Below, in pieces: positions 29,796 to 39,550 of a stretch of 64,000 nucleotides of DNA (positions are counted from its first letter, which is position 1; every line of letters begins with the position of its first letter). A program made the translations under genes and the position numbers. The notes below the pieces were generated by a model, which saw only the letters and a program-made list of their open reading frames with translations, was not told the origin of the DNA and ran no database searches. The stretch comes from Bacteroidota bacterium (GTDB lineage: Bacteria > Bacteroidota > Bacteroidia > 2-12-FULL-35-15). Location: contig SXIH01000011.1 in NCBI GenBank assembly GCA_005772895.1, positions 4,371 through 68,370 on the forward strand. Direction: 5' to 3'.

Positions 29796-31022
29796 CTAAA
29801 ATACTTTTATGCTAAACAAGGCAATGTCATCGATGTAAGGACGGCTTTGTTTATAATTCATCACCGTTTCCATAATTCTTACATTCAACTCCATCATATT
29901 TAATTTCGGATTGTTTTTTATCAAATCTTTTAAAGAATCAATTCCAAAATCTTCTCCTTTATCATTTTCCAATTCAGTTAATCCGTCAGTATAGCAAACA
30001 ATAGTAGTGCCCGGAGAAATATTCACGATTCCTTCTTTTATCTTATCAATTTCATCAAACATTCCTAATCCTGTACATCCTATTTTTAAAGTACTGATAG
30101 AATTACCCGATGCAATAAGCGGAGGATTGTGCGCAGCATTTACATAAGTTAAAGTACGTGTGATGAGATTGTATTTAGCAATAAAAAGAGTAATAAATTT
30201 TTCACCTTTTGCATTGGCCATCACTTTGCTGTTTAACTCTCTCACCAATTCTGTTAATGTAGTGGTATGATGAAACAAAACTCTGAGGTTTGCCTGAAAG
30301 TTCGACATTAATAAAGCAGCAGCAACTCCTTTTCCAGAAACATCGGCCACACAAAAAGCGCATTCGTTTTCGTTTAACCACATAAAATCATAGTAATCGC
30401 CTCCAACTTGTTGGTGAGGCAAATAAAATGCAGCTGTATCTATATTTTTATCTTTTGGTAAAGTGCTGGGGAAAAGCATGGATTGCATTTCAGAAGCTAA
30501 TTCCAACTCTTTTCGCATTGCAGCCTGACGGATGGTGTCGCGTGCAAGTTTTTTGTTTTCAATGGCTACAACAATAATACTTGTCAATGTTTGAACAAAA
30601 GGTAAATGTTTGATTGCCGGACTAACCTCTACCTTGTCTTCTAAATCACCAATCAATACATATGCTAATGGTTGAGATTTATGAAAAACAGGAATTACAA
30701 TTTCAAATGCTTTATTTAATCTTTTTTGAGAAAAATTAATGGTTCCGATTTCTTTTATAGATAAGAGATCACGCTCTACATTAATATCGTTGTATTCTTC
30801 ACCAACACCATATTTCAAGATGCATTTCCAGGAATCGTTTTCGTTGCTGAATAGAACCAACTTTCCAATGTTGAGTTGTTTTTCTAATACTTCCTCAAAA
30901 ATTTCTAAAAGTTGTTCGGTAGAAAAATTATTGTTAATGGCTTTGGTAATTTCCAACAGGGAATTAAGTTTTATATCCTTAACTCGTTTCGAAAGATTTT
31001 TATTTGTTGGGGTAAGCGCCAT
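29796..31022 (-). CDS. GAF-domain SpoIIE/PP2C-type serine phosphatase
   Basis: N-terminal GAF-like region, then PP2C motifs: GGDYYDF, VADVSGKGVAAALLMS and CYTDGLTE. Confidence 0.75.
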   Translation of the reverse strand: MALTPTNKNLSKRVKDIKLNSLLEITKAINNNFSTEQLLEIFEEVLEKQLNIGKLVLFSNENDSWKCILKYGVGEEYNDINVERDLLSIKEIGTINFSQKRLNKAFEIVIPVFHKSQPLAYVLIGDLEDKVEVSPAIKHLPFVQTLTSIIVVAIENKKLARDTIRQAAMRKELELASEMQSMLFPSTLPKDKNIDTAAFYLPHQQVGGDYYDFMWLNENECAFCVADVSGKGVAAALLMSNFQANLRVLFHHTTTLTELVRELNSKVMANAKGEKFITLFIAKYNLITRTLTYVNAAHNPPLIASGNSISTLKIGCTGLGMFDEIDKIKEGIVNISPGTTIVCYTDGLTELENDKGEDFGIDSLKDLIKNNPKLNMMELNVRIMETVMNYKQSRPYIDDIALFSIKVF

Positions 31023-31119
31023 AGTTGAGTTATTGTATCAAATTTATAGTATTTAAAAACAATACAAGATAAATTTAGACAAAAATTGAATAACGTACGA
31101 TATACATTAATAAAGATAC

Positions 31120-32055
31120 CTACTTGTCTGTAATCTGTTTTATTAAATCCGGAAGCATTTTTAACGCAGCAACTTCTTTCATCTTTCCTCTAGCATCCCC
31201 AGCGGGTGAACCGAAATATGTTTTTCCTGCAGGAATATCTTCTCCTAATCCCGATTGAGCAAGCAATACAGAGCCTTTTCCTAATTTAACATCACTGCGA
31301 ACACCTGCTTGTCCCCACAAAGTCACTCCGTCTTCAATCACTACAACACCTGCAACTGCTACATGTGATGCCATTAAACACATTTTACCTACTTGTGTAT
31401 CGTGCCCTATTTGAACATGATTGTCAATTTTAGTTCCTGCACCAATTTTTGTATCTCCTGAAACACCTTTGTCAATTGTACAAAGAGCACCAATTTCAAC
31501 ATTGTCTTCAATAACAACTCTGCCACATGAAATCATTTTATCAAAAAAATCAGGACGTTTTTTATAATAAAAAGCATCTGCACCAATTACAGTATTGGCA
31601 TGTATTATCACATTGTTACCAAGATGGCAATTGTCATAAATAGCAACATTTGGGTGAATTACACAATTTTCGCCAATAGTAACGTTGTTGCCAATATATA
31701 CTCCGGGCATCAGAACAGTTGTTTTTCCAACTTTAGCTGTATCGCTGATTTGTTTTAAGGAATAACTTGCCGGCTGAAAATGTTGAACCAATTTATTATA
31801 ATCTCTGAACGGATCTTTTGAAATTAATAAAGCTTTTCCTGCCGGACATTCTACTTTCTTATCAATTAAAATAGTTGTGGCTTTTGACTGTAAGGCTTTA
31901 TCGTAATATTTTGGATGATCAACAAAAACAATATCCCCAGCTTCCACCATGTGGATTTCATTTAGTCCTGTTATTAAATGGTTGGCATCTCCATCAAATT
32001 CACAATTGATGATTGAGGCTATGTCTTTTAATTTATATGCTGAAGGTAATTTCAT
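31120..32055 (-). CDS. lpxD: UDP-3-O-acylglucosamine N-acyltransferase (LpxD-like hexapeptide transferase)
   Basis: LpxD-type N-terminal domain followed by left-handed beta-helix hexapeptide repeats. 311 aa. Confidence 0.6.
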   Translation of the reverse strand: MKLPSAYKLKDIASIINCEFDGDANHLITGLNEIHMVEAGDIVFVDHPKYYDKALQSKATTILIDKKVECPAGKALLISKDPFRDYNKLVQHFQPASYSLKQISDTAKVGKTTVLMPGVYIGNNVTIGENCVIHPNVAIYDNCHLGNNVIIHANTVIGADAFYYKKRPDFFDKMISCGRVVIEDNVEIGALCTIDKGVSGDTKIGAGTKIDNHVQIGHDTQVGKMCLMASHVAVAGVVVIEDGVTLWGQAGVRSDVKLGKGSVLLAQSGLGEDIPAGKTYFGSPAGDARGKMKEVAALKMLPDLIKQITDK

Positions 32056-32089
32056 AATGAATCAAACTTGTTGTTGTCTCAAATATAAT

Positions 32090-32160
32090 AAAAAAGTCCC
32101 CAATGTTACCATGGAGACTTTTTTCCCCTCTCCAAATGGAGAGGGGTTAGGGGAGAGGTC
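32090..32160. terminator. tandem hairpins between efp (stop) and lpxD (start); likely efp terminator
   Basis: AAGTCCCCAATGTTACCATGGAGACTT forms a near-perfect hairpin flanked by A-run and T-run. A perfect hairpin CCCCTCTCCAAATGGAGAGGGG follows. Confidence 0.5.
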
Positions 32161-32720
32161 TACTTAACACGCTCTACATAAGAATTTGTACGTGTATCAA
32201 TTTTAATTTTTTCTCCTTCATTTACAAATAAAGGAACATTTACAACTGCGCCTGTTTCCATAGTTGCAGGTTTTAAAGTATTAGTTGCAGTATCACCTTT
32301 TACGCCTGGTTCTGCATATGTAATCATTAATTCAACAAATACAGGTGGCTCAGCTAAAATAGGCTCATCTCCTTCAAAAGAAACTTTAATTTCCATTCCT
32401 TCTTTTAAAAATTTCAATGAATCTCCTAACAAGAAAGATGGTATATGTATTTGCTCATATGTATCATTATCCATAACAACAATAAACTCTCCTTCAGGAT
32501 AAATGAATTGCATGTTTTTGTATTCTACGCGAACTACTTCAACTGCTTCACCTGCACGGAAACGGTTTTCCACAATTTTTCCGTTTTTTAAGTTACGCAT
32601 ACGTGCCTGATAAAATGCACGTAAATTTCCGGGTGTACGGTGTTGATATTCTTCAATTCTACAAAGTTCCCCGTTAAAACGGATTACTGTACCTACGTTG
32701 ATGTCGCCTGAGTTTGCCAT
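32160..32720 (-). CDS. efp: elongation factor P
   Basis: 186 aa. N-terminus MANSGDINVGTVIRFNGELCRIEEYQH...KNGK is typical of EF-P. Confidence 0.9.
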   Translation of the reverse strand: MANSGDINVGTVIRFNGELCRIEEYQHRTPGNLRAFYQARMRNLKNGKIVENRFRAGEAVEVVRVEYKNMQFIYPEGEFIVVMDNDTYEQIHIPSFLLGDSLKFLKEGMEIKVSFEGDEPILAEPPVFVELMITYAEPGVKGDTATNTLKPATMETGAVVNVPLFVNEGEKIKIDTRTNSYVERVK

Positions 32721-32755
32721 TTAAAATGAATTATAAATTATTGATTATGAATTAT

Positions 32756-32775
32756 ATCCCGATAGCTATCGGGAT
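32756..32775. terminator. 20-bp perfect palindrome downstream of the ABC ATPase gene
   Basis: ATCCCGATAGCTATCGGGAT followed by AT-rich sequence. Confidence 0.4.
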
Positions 32776-32830
32776 TGGACTGCAAATATAAGGTTTATGG
32801 GGGAATAAGCAAAAAAAGGAAATAACCTGA

Positions 32831-33460
32831 TTAGGAATGTTTATACTCCTCAATATTCAACTGCTTATTGCAAAAAGGATATTCATATTCCTGTTGATTG
32901 GACGCAACAATAATCAAGCGGTTTTTAGAATAGTCCATTACTAATTTCTGATACCAGTCGATTGCTTTTTTATCCAAATTGGAAGTAGGTTCATCCAAAA
33001 GCAGGAGAGGAGTATCAGCTAAAACAGCTAATGCTAAGCGAATGCGCTGTTTCATCCCTGATGAATAATACTTTAATTGTTTGTCTTTTGATTTTTCTAA
33101 TCCTGTAAGCTCAATTATTTTTTTAACATCCAATCCTGTTTGAAAAGGTTTGAATTTTTCCTGAAAAGCAATGGATTCAGTCAATGTAAACTCTTCAAAT
33201 AAATCTAAATAAGGAGCGCAATAACTAAGTTGCTTAAAAATATTTTCTTCTTGATACTTGCTACCTGCTACCTGATACTGAACTTCCCCTTCCGAATGTG
33301 TCAAATTACCTGCAATTACCTGCAATAATGTAGATTTTCCTGAACCATTAGCTCCTAAAATAACATAGTTGTTCTCAGAAGTAAAATCATAATTCACCTT
33401 CCGAAAAATCCATTCGAAGTTGTAACGTTTGCCGATATTGTTAAGGTTGATTTGGGTCAC
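32831..33460 (-). CDS. ABC transporter ATP-binding protein (small)
   Basis: Walker A GANGSGKST, signature YSSGMKQR, Walker B LLLDEPTSNLD. Confidence 0.75.
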   Translation of the reverse strand: MTQINLNNIGKRYNFEWIFRKVNYDFTSENNYVILGANGSGKSTLLQVIAGNLTHSEGEVQYQVAGSKYQEENIFKQLSYCAPYLDLFEEFTLTESIAFQEKFKPFQTGLDVKKIIELTGLEKSKDKQLKYYSSGMKQRIRLALAVLADTPLLLLDEPTSNLDKKAIDWYQKLVMDYSKNRLIIVASNQQEYEYPFCNKQLNIEEYKHS

Positions 33461-33549
33461 GATAGGAATTGAGTTTTTGCCACAAAGGCGCTAAGACGCA
33501 AAGTTTTATTTTTTATTTTTTCTTTCTTTTTTGTCTATTGCCAACTGTT

Positions 33550-34323
33550 TTAAGAGATACCTCTCATAATTCCATCCTTAGATTCATTGATGAAAGTGAC
33601 GATTTGAGATTTTTCTGCTGATGCTGGAGCTTCTTGTTCAATTACGGCCAAAGCATTTGTAACATTATGACCTTTTACATAAAGAGTACGATAAATATCT
33701 TCAACAGCTAAAACGGTTTCGTTTGAAAAACCTCTTCTGCGCATACCAACAGAATTAATTCCAACATATTGTAATGGCTCACGTGCGGCTTTTGTAAATG
33801 GAGGAACATTTTTACGTACCAATGAACCGCCAGTAATGAAAGCATGTGCACCAATGCGAACGAATTGCTGAACGGCAGCTAATCCTTCCAAAATAACCCA
33901 ATCTTCAATGGTTACATGTCCTGCAAGGTTTACACTGTTTGCTATAATAATGTTGTTTCCTAAAATACAATCGTGTGCAACGTGAACATAAGCCATCAAT
34001 AAACAGTTGTTCCCAACTGCTGTTTTCATTTTATCAGTTGTACCTCTGTTAATTGTACAACATTCACGAATAGTAGTATTATCTCCTATTTCAGTGGTGG
34101 TATCTTCACCTGCAAATTTTAAATCTTGTGGAATAGCAGAGATAACTGCTCCTGGGAAAATGCGACAATTCTTTCCAATGCGTGCTCCAGAAAAAATGGT
34201 AACGTTAGGGCCTATCCAAGTGCCATCGCCAATTGTTACATTGTCATCAATAAAAGAAAAAGGAGATATTACTACGTCTTTTCCAATTTTTGCGTTGGGA
34301 TGAATGTGGCTTAAGTTACTCAT
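33550..34323 (-). CDS. lpxA: acyl-ACP--UDP-GlcNAc O-acyltransferase
   Basis: 257 aa with hexapeptide repeats and an LpxA-type N-terminus (IHPNAKIGKDVVISPFSFI...). Confidence 0.85.
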   Translation of the reverse strand: MSNLSHIHPNAKIGKDVVISPFSFIDDNVTIGDGTWIGPNVTIFSGARIGKNCRIFPGAVISAIPQDLKFAGEDTTTEIGDNTTIRECCTINRGTTDKMKTAVGNNCLLMAYVHVAHDCILGNNIIIANSVNLAGHVTIEDWVILEGLAAVQQFVRIGAHAFITGGSLVRKNVPPFTKAAREPLQYVGINSVGMRRRGFSNETVLAVEDIYRTLYVKGHNVTNALAVIEQEAPASAEKSQIVTFINESKDGIMRGIS

Positions 34324-34324
34324 A

Positions 34325-35740
34325 CTATGCTGTTGCTGCTGCTTCTTTTTTTGGTTCCTTATCTTTTATGACTTGTGCTAACATAGTTGCTTCAGTAACT
34401 TCTTTTCCGTTTACATAACCAATTCCACGCATGTTCACTAATCCTCTTCTGATCGGACTTTCAAGTGTTAATTGAAAAACAATTGTGTCGCCAGGAATTA
34501 CTTTTTGTTTGAATTTTACTCCATCAATTTTCATGAAGTAAGTGCTGTAGTATTCTGGATTTTGAACTTGAGATAAAGCAAAAATTCCACCTACCTGAGC
34601 CATCGCTTCTATTTGCATAACGCCAGGGAATACTGGATTGTCAGGGAAATGGCCTTGAAAGAAAGGTTCATTTAATGTTACATTTTTTACTCCTACAATA
34701 CTATTCGCATCCATCTCTAAAATCTTGTCAACCATTAAAAAAGGATAACGGTGAGGCAACATTTTTGAAATATCATTAATGTCGTATAAAGGTTTTTTGC
34801 TTAAGTCGAAATACTTTTCTTTCTTTTTTGATTTAATTAGCTCTTTAATTTTTTTAGCAAAAGCAACGTTTCCTGCGTGACCGGGACGACCAGCTAGAAT
34901 GTGCATTTTTAAAGGGACTCCAACCAATGCTAAATCTCCAACTATGTCTAATAATTTATGACGGGCAGGTTCATTGAAAAAATGAAGTGTAGTATTATTT
35001 AAAACTCCTTTGCCTTTTATTTCTACATCTTCACGATGAAATACTTTTTGCAAATGTTTTATCTGTTCTTTTGAAACTTCTTTATCTACCAATACAATAG
35101 CATTATTCAAATCTCCGCCTTTAATTAAATCGTGAGCTAATAATGCTTCTAATTCATGTAAAAAAACAAATGTTCTGCAAGGTGCAATTTCAGTTTTGAA
35201 TTCACCTACATGATACATAGATGCGTGTTGCGTTCCTAAAACTTCGGAGTTATAATCCACCATTACAGTTACTCTGTTTGCATTTTGTGGAACAGCAAGC
35301 ATTTCAACTTTTTTAACGGGGTCTTCGTATGTTAAGGTTTCTGTAAGTTCAAAATAAATACGTTCAGCATCTTGGTCAACAGCACCTACTTCTTCCAAAA
35401 TTTTTACAAATGGCATTGAACTTCCATCCATAATTGGCATTTCCGGTCCGTCCATTTCCATCAACACATTGTCTATTTCCATTCCAACCAAAGCTGCTAA
35501 AACGTGTTCAGTAGTATGAATTCTTGCTCCGTTTTGTTCTAAAGTTGTACCACGGGAAGTATCCACCACATTATCCACATCAGCATTAATAATTGGATTC
35601 CCAGGTAAATCAACACGTTGAAACTTATAACCGTGATTTTCCGGAGCAGGACGAAATGTTAAGTTTGTTTGTTTTCCTGTATGTAAGCCAACACCTGAAA
35701 TGGTTACGGCTGTTTTTATGGTTCTTTGCTTTACACTCAT
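34325..35740 (-). CDS. lpxC/fabZ: bifunctional UDP-3-O-acyl-GlcNAc deacetylase / 3-hydroxyacyl-ACP dehydratase
   Basis: N-terminal LpxC (TIKTAVTISGVGLHTGK) and C-terminal FabZ hot-dog domain (HRYPFLMVDKILE...GHFP). The fusion is typical of Bacteroidota. Confidence 0.9.
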   Translation of the reverse strand: MSVKQRTIKTAVTISGVGLHTGKQTNLTFRPAPENHGYKFQRVDLPGNPIINADVDNVVDTSRGTTLEQNGARIHTTEHVLAALVGMEIDNVLMEMDGPEMPIMDGSSMPFVKILEEVGAVDQDAERIYFELTETLTYEDPVKKVEMLAVPQNANRVTVMVDYNSEVLGTQHASMYHVGEFKTEIAPCRTFVFLHELEALLAHDLIKGGDLNNAIVLVDKEVSKEQIKHLQKVFHREDVEIKGKGVLNNTTLHFFNEPARHKLLDIVGDLALVGVPLKMHILAGRPGHAGNVAFAKKIKELIKSKKKEKYFDLSKKPLYDINDISKMLPHRYPFLMVDKILEMDANSIVGVKNVTLNEPFFQGHFPDNPVFPGVMQIEAMAQVGGIFALSQVQNPEYYSTYFMKIDGVKFKQKVIPGDTIVFQLTLESPIRRGLVNMRGIGYVNGKEVTEATMLAQVIKDKEPKKEAAATA

Positions 35741-35813
35741 AATTTAGTTCATTACTAACTTCAAATGTAACAAAATATTGGCAATTATTATGCTTTGAAT
35801 AGCTTTTTTTGAA

Positions 35814-37043
35814 CTACTTCGGGTAGCAGAGATAATGCTTCTTCACCGTTTTAGCTAATACATCAATACTTAACTGATCGGATGCATCAGCAATATCCGA
35901 TACGCTTCCGTCTTTAAATAAAATATTTATACGGATTTTATCAGCGCGATATGCATCATTTGTAACAATTCCCTTTAAAACAAAATAGTCGATTTCTTTT
36001 TCTTCTAACTTAAACCGCTTCTTAATGTCTTTTTTTATGGATTTTATTTTATCGTCTTTAAAACCCTGACTCTGTAATTCTACTTTAAAAAGTTTACGGT
36101 CGACCAATTGTTTACACAAGCTGGAAAGTACATTGTCGCTATGATTTACCCAAACTTTTATGGAAGTCATAATATCGTAATCATCCAATTGAGCGAATGT
36201 ATCCAATAGCTTAGGATTTTTCTTAAAATCTTTTTCGTTGTACTTGTTGTATAGAAATGTTTTTAAAGCCGGAGTACAAAATAAATCAACTTTATTTTCA
36301 GCCAGATCTTTTGCGCGCTTTAAAATGTTTACCAATAAGCTCTCTGCACTCAAAACGGTTTTGTGTAAATACACTTGCCAGTACATCAACCTGCGGGCAA
36401 TGATGAATTTTTCAATCGAATAAATTCCTTTTGCTTCAATAGCCAATTGGTCGTTCACCACATTCAGCATTTTAATTATTCTATCAGAACTTACTACGCC
36501 TTCAGAAACTCCTGTGAAAAAACTATCACGGTTCAGATAATCCAGCCTGTCCATATCCAGCTGACTGGAAACCAACTGATGTAAAAATTTCTTTTTGTAC
36601 TTATTTTGAAAAATATTGATGGCTAAAGTTAATTTTCCTTTGAAATCTTCATTCAAGCGACTCATAAAAAGTTCTGAAATGTCTTCGTGTGTTATATTGT
36701 TTACAATGCTGTGCTCTAATGCATGTGAAAACGGGCCATGACCAATATCGTGCAACAAAATAGCAATGGTAACGCCTTTTGCTTCTTCTTCAGTTATTTC
36801 ATGCCCTTTCGAACGGATAACATCAATGGCTTGTCCCATTAAATGCATGGCACCCATTGCATGATGGAAACGCGTATGCAATGCTCCCGGATAAACCAAG
36901 TTGGTTAATCCCAATTGTTTAATCCTTCGTAAGCGTTGAAAATAGGGATGATCAATTAAATCATAAATTATTTCATAGGGCAGAGATACGAAACCATAAA
37001 TGGGATCGTTAAAGATCTTCAACTTGTTTGAGAATGAGTTCAT
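35814..37043 (-). CDS. HD-domain phosphohydrolase
   Basis: HD motif (RFHHAMG...LLHDIGHGPFSH). 409 aa. Confidence 0.75.
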   Translation of the reverse strand: MNSFSNKLKIFNDPIYGFVSLPYEIIYDLIDHPYFQRLRRIKQLGLTNLVYPGALHTRFHHAMGAMHLMGQAIDVIRSKGHEITEEEAKGVTIAILLHDIGHGPFSHALEHSIVNNITHEDISELFMSRLNEDFKGKLTLAINIFQNKYKKKFLHQLVSSQLDMDRLDYLNRDSFFTGVSEGVVSSDRIIKMLNVVNDQLAIEAKGIYSIEKFIIARRLMYWQVYLHKTVLSAESLLVNILKRAKDLAENKVDLFCTPALKTFLYNKYNEKDFKKNPKLLDTFAQLDDYDIMTSIKVWVNHSDNVLSSLCKQLVDRKLFKVELQSQGFKDDKIKSIKKDIKKRFKLEEKEIDYFVLKGIVTNDAYRADKIRINILFKDGSVSDIADASDQLSIDVLAKTVKKHYLCYPK

Positions 37044-37126
37044 CTGTGCAAAGATAATTTATCTTTTTTTAACAGGATAGGCAGATTAAATTTTCTAACT
37101 TTATAAACTCAATTTATATGTTATTT

Positions 37127-38680
37127 ATGGAAAAGATCAGTGTTTTGTGGGCCGATGATGAAATTGATTTATTGAAGCCGCACATTTTATTTTTAAAAGA
37201 CAAAGGATACGATATTATTACTGCAACCAGTGGTGATGAAGCCATAGAATTGGTTGATAAAAATAATTTCTCAGTCGTTCTGTTGGACGAAAATATGCCC
37301 GGACTTTCTGGTTTAGAAACCCTGAATCGTTTGAAATCAAAGCGTTCCGACCTTCCTGTTATTATGATTACCAAAAGTGAAGAAGAATATTTGATGGAAG
37401 ATGCCATTGGTTCTAAAATTTCGGATTACCTGATAAAGCCAGTAAATCCTAATCAAATATTGCTTTCTTTAAAAAAGACTTTGGACAATAAGCGTTTGAT
37501 AAGTGAAAAAACTACTTCAAACTATCAGCAGGAATTCCGTCAGATTGGTATGACCATGGGCGATAGATTGGGTTGGCCGGAGTGGGTGGAAGTTTATAAA
37601 AAATTAGTTTATTGGGAATTGGAGTTGGATAATAGCAAGGATGAGAGTATGATGGAGATTTTGAAAATGCAGAAAGCGGAAGCAAATAAACTCTACGGAA
37701 AATTCATTGAGAACAATTATATTGGATGGTTGAATGGTAAATCTCCAAATCCGCCTTTGTTCTCTCACACAATTTTTAAAGCAAAGGTTGCTCCTTTGTT
37801 GGATAAACACGAAACAACATTTGTTGTTCTGATTGATAATTTGCGTTACGATCAATGGAAAATGATTCAGCCAATTGTTGCCGAATATTTTAAAGTAGAG
37901 CAAGAAGAATTGTACAGTGCAATTTTGCCAACAGCCACGCAATACGCCCGTAATGCATTTTTTGCTGGATTGATGCCAAGTGAAATTGAAAAACGTTTTC
38001 CTAAATTATGGTTGAATGATGAAGATGAAGGTGGAAAAAATATGCATGAAGAAGAATTGCTGAATGAGCAATTAAAGCGTTTGGGTAAGGATATTAAAAT
38101 GAGTTATAATAAAATTACCAATCATGCTGCAGGTAAACGTTTATCTGAGAACATGGGTAATTTGATGCAGAATAAATTGAACGTAATTGTTTACAATTTT
38201 GTGGATATGCTTTCTCATGCTCGTACCGAAATGGAAGTAATACGTGAGTTGGCAGATGATGAAAAAGCTTACCGCTCCATTACTTTGTCGTGGTTTGAAA
38301 ATTCTCCTTTACATGATATTATCAAACAAATTGCTGCAAAAAAATGCAAGTTGGTAATCACTACCGACCATGGAACAATTAAAGTTACTGAACCATCAAA
38401 AGTTGTTGGCGATAAAAATGTAAATACAAACTTGCGTTACAAGCAAGGCAAGAGTTTGGATTATGTAAAGAAAGATGTATTTGAGATTAGAAATCCGGCT
38501 GATGCATTTTTACCAAAGCAACATGTTAGTAGTGCTTTTGTTTTTGTAAAAGAAGATATGTTTTTTGCTTATCCTAATAACTTCAATCATTATGTTGGAT
38601 ATTACAGAAATACATTCCAGCATGGCGGCTTGAGTTTGGAAGAAATGATAATTCCATTTGTAACTTTATCGGCAAAGTAA
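37127..38680 (+). CDS. PorX-like response regulator: CheY receiver fused to a PglZ/alkaline-phosphatase-superfamily domain
   Basis: Receiver domain (MEKISVLWADDE...VVLLDENMPGLSG...IMITK) followed by a ~380-aa PglZ-like domain. Architecture and size (~518 aa) match PorX of the T9SS regulatory pathway. Confidence 0.6.
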   Translation: MEKISVLWADDEIDLLKPHILFLKDKGYDIITATSGDEAIELVDKNNFSVVLLDENMPGLSGLETLNRLKSKRSDLPVIMITKSEEEYLMEDAIGSKISDYLIKPVNPNQILLSLKKTLDNKRLISEKTTSNYQQEFRQIGMTMGDRLGWPEWVEVYKKLVYWELELDNSKDESMMEILKMQKAEANKLYGKFIENNYIGWLNGKSPNPPLFSHTIFKAKVAPLLDKHETTFVVLIDNLRYDQWKMIQPIVAEYFKVEQEELYSAILPTATQYARNAFFAGLMPSEIEKRFPKLWLNDEDEGGKNMHEEELLNEQLKRLGKDIKMSYNKITNHAAGKRLSENMGNLMQNKLNVIVYNFVDMLSHARTEMEVIRELADDEKAYRSITLSWFENSPLHDIIKQIAAKKCKLVITTDHGTIKVTEPSKVVGDKNVNTNLRYKQGKSLDYVKKDVFEIRNPADAFLPKQHVSSAFVFVKEDMFFAYPNNFNHYVGYYRNTFQHGGLSLEEMIIPFVTLSAK

Positions 38681-38681
38681 A

Positions 38682-39041
38682 ATGAAGTATTTCGCGTTTG
38701 TATGCATTTGTTTTTTGTTTGCTGGTTGCGACCCGTATTACAAGATTCAATATTGCGTAAAAAATCAAACTTCAGATACGGTGTATGTAAAATATATGAA
38801 TTTTCCTGATAGCTTAAAGGTGATTTCTCCAGGAACATTGTGCGTGTTAAAAACAAATTCAGGAGTAGGTTATGCAAAAGAAAAATATAAAAATCAAGAA
38901 TTTCAAACTTGGTTTTCCACAAACTCTATTTTAGTGAAAAAGACAAAAGAAAATTCGATAAAAAAAGTTTCTGAAAGCGCTTGGAAATATGAAGGAAGTA
39001 GAGTGCATGGAGGAAATGCAGTGCTTTACGTCAAAAAATAA
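38682..39041 (+). CDS. hypothetical lipoprotein
   Basis: Lipobox LFAGC. 119 aa. Confidence 0.4.
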   Translation: MKYFAFVCICFLFAGCDPYYKIQYCVKNQTSDTVYVKYMNFPDSLKVISPGTLCVLKTNSGVGYAKEKYKNQEFQTWFSTNSILVKKTKENSIKKVSESAWKYEGSRVHGGNAVLYVKK

Positions 39042-39451
39042 TGACTTCTTTAAAAATAAATAATCTATCTGAATTATCTTCAGTTTCACAAAAGCTCATC
39101 CAAGCATTTGGTAACAAAAAAGTAATTACTTTTAAAGGCCAAATGGGCGCAGGTAAAACAACTTTGATAAAAGCCATTTGTGAAGAGTTAGGAGTAAAAC
39201 AAACCATTAGCAGTCCAACATTTTCTATTGTCAATGAATACCTTTCTTCATCAGGCAAAAAAATCTATCACTTCGATTTTTATAGGATCAATAAAATAAG
39301 CGAAGCCTATGATATGGGTTATGAAGAATACTTTTATTCCGATGCTTATTGTTTTATAGAGTGGCCCGAGAAGATTCAGGAGTTAATGCCAGCAGATGTT
39401 CTTACTGTTAATATCTCTGTAAAGGATGGGCTGAGAGTGGTTGAGTTTTAA
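39041..39451 (+). CDS. tsaE: tRNA threonylcarbamoyladenosine biosynthesis ATPase TsaE
   Basis: GQMGAGKTTL Walker A and SPTF motif. 136 aa. Confidence 0.8.
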   Translation: MTSLKINNLSELSSVSQKLIQAFGNKKVITFKGQMGAGKTTLIKAICEELGVKQTISSPTFSIVNEYLSSSGKKIYHFDFYRINKISEAYDMGYEEYFYSDAYCFIEWPEKIQELMPADVLTVNISVKDGLRVVEF

Positions 39452-39550
39452 GTCAAGTTAATAAAAATCCGTGTAAATCAGTTTTATCCGCGTCATCTGC
39501 GTTCCATTTCCTTTTTTTTCGTAAATTTGTTTTCTCTCTAGCTAAAGAAA

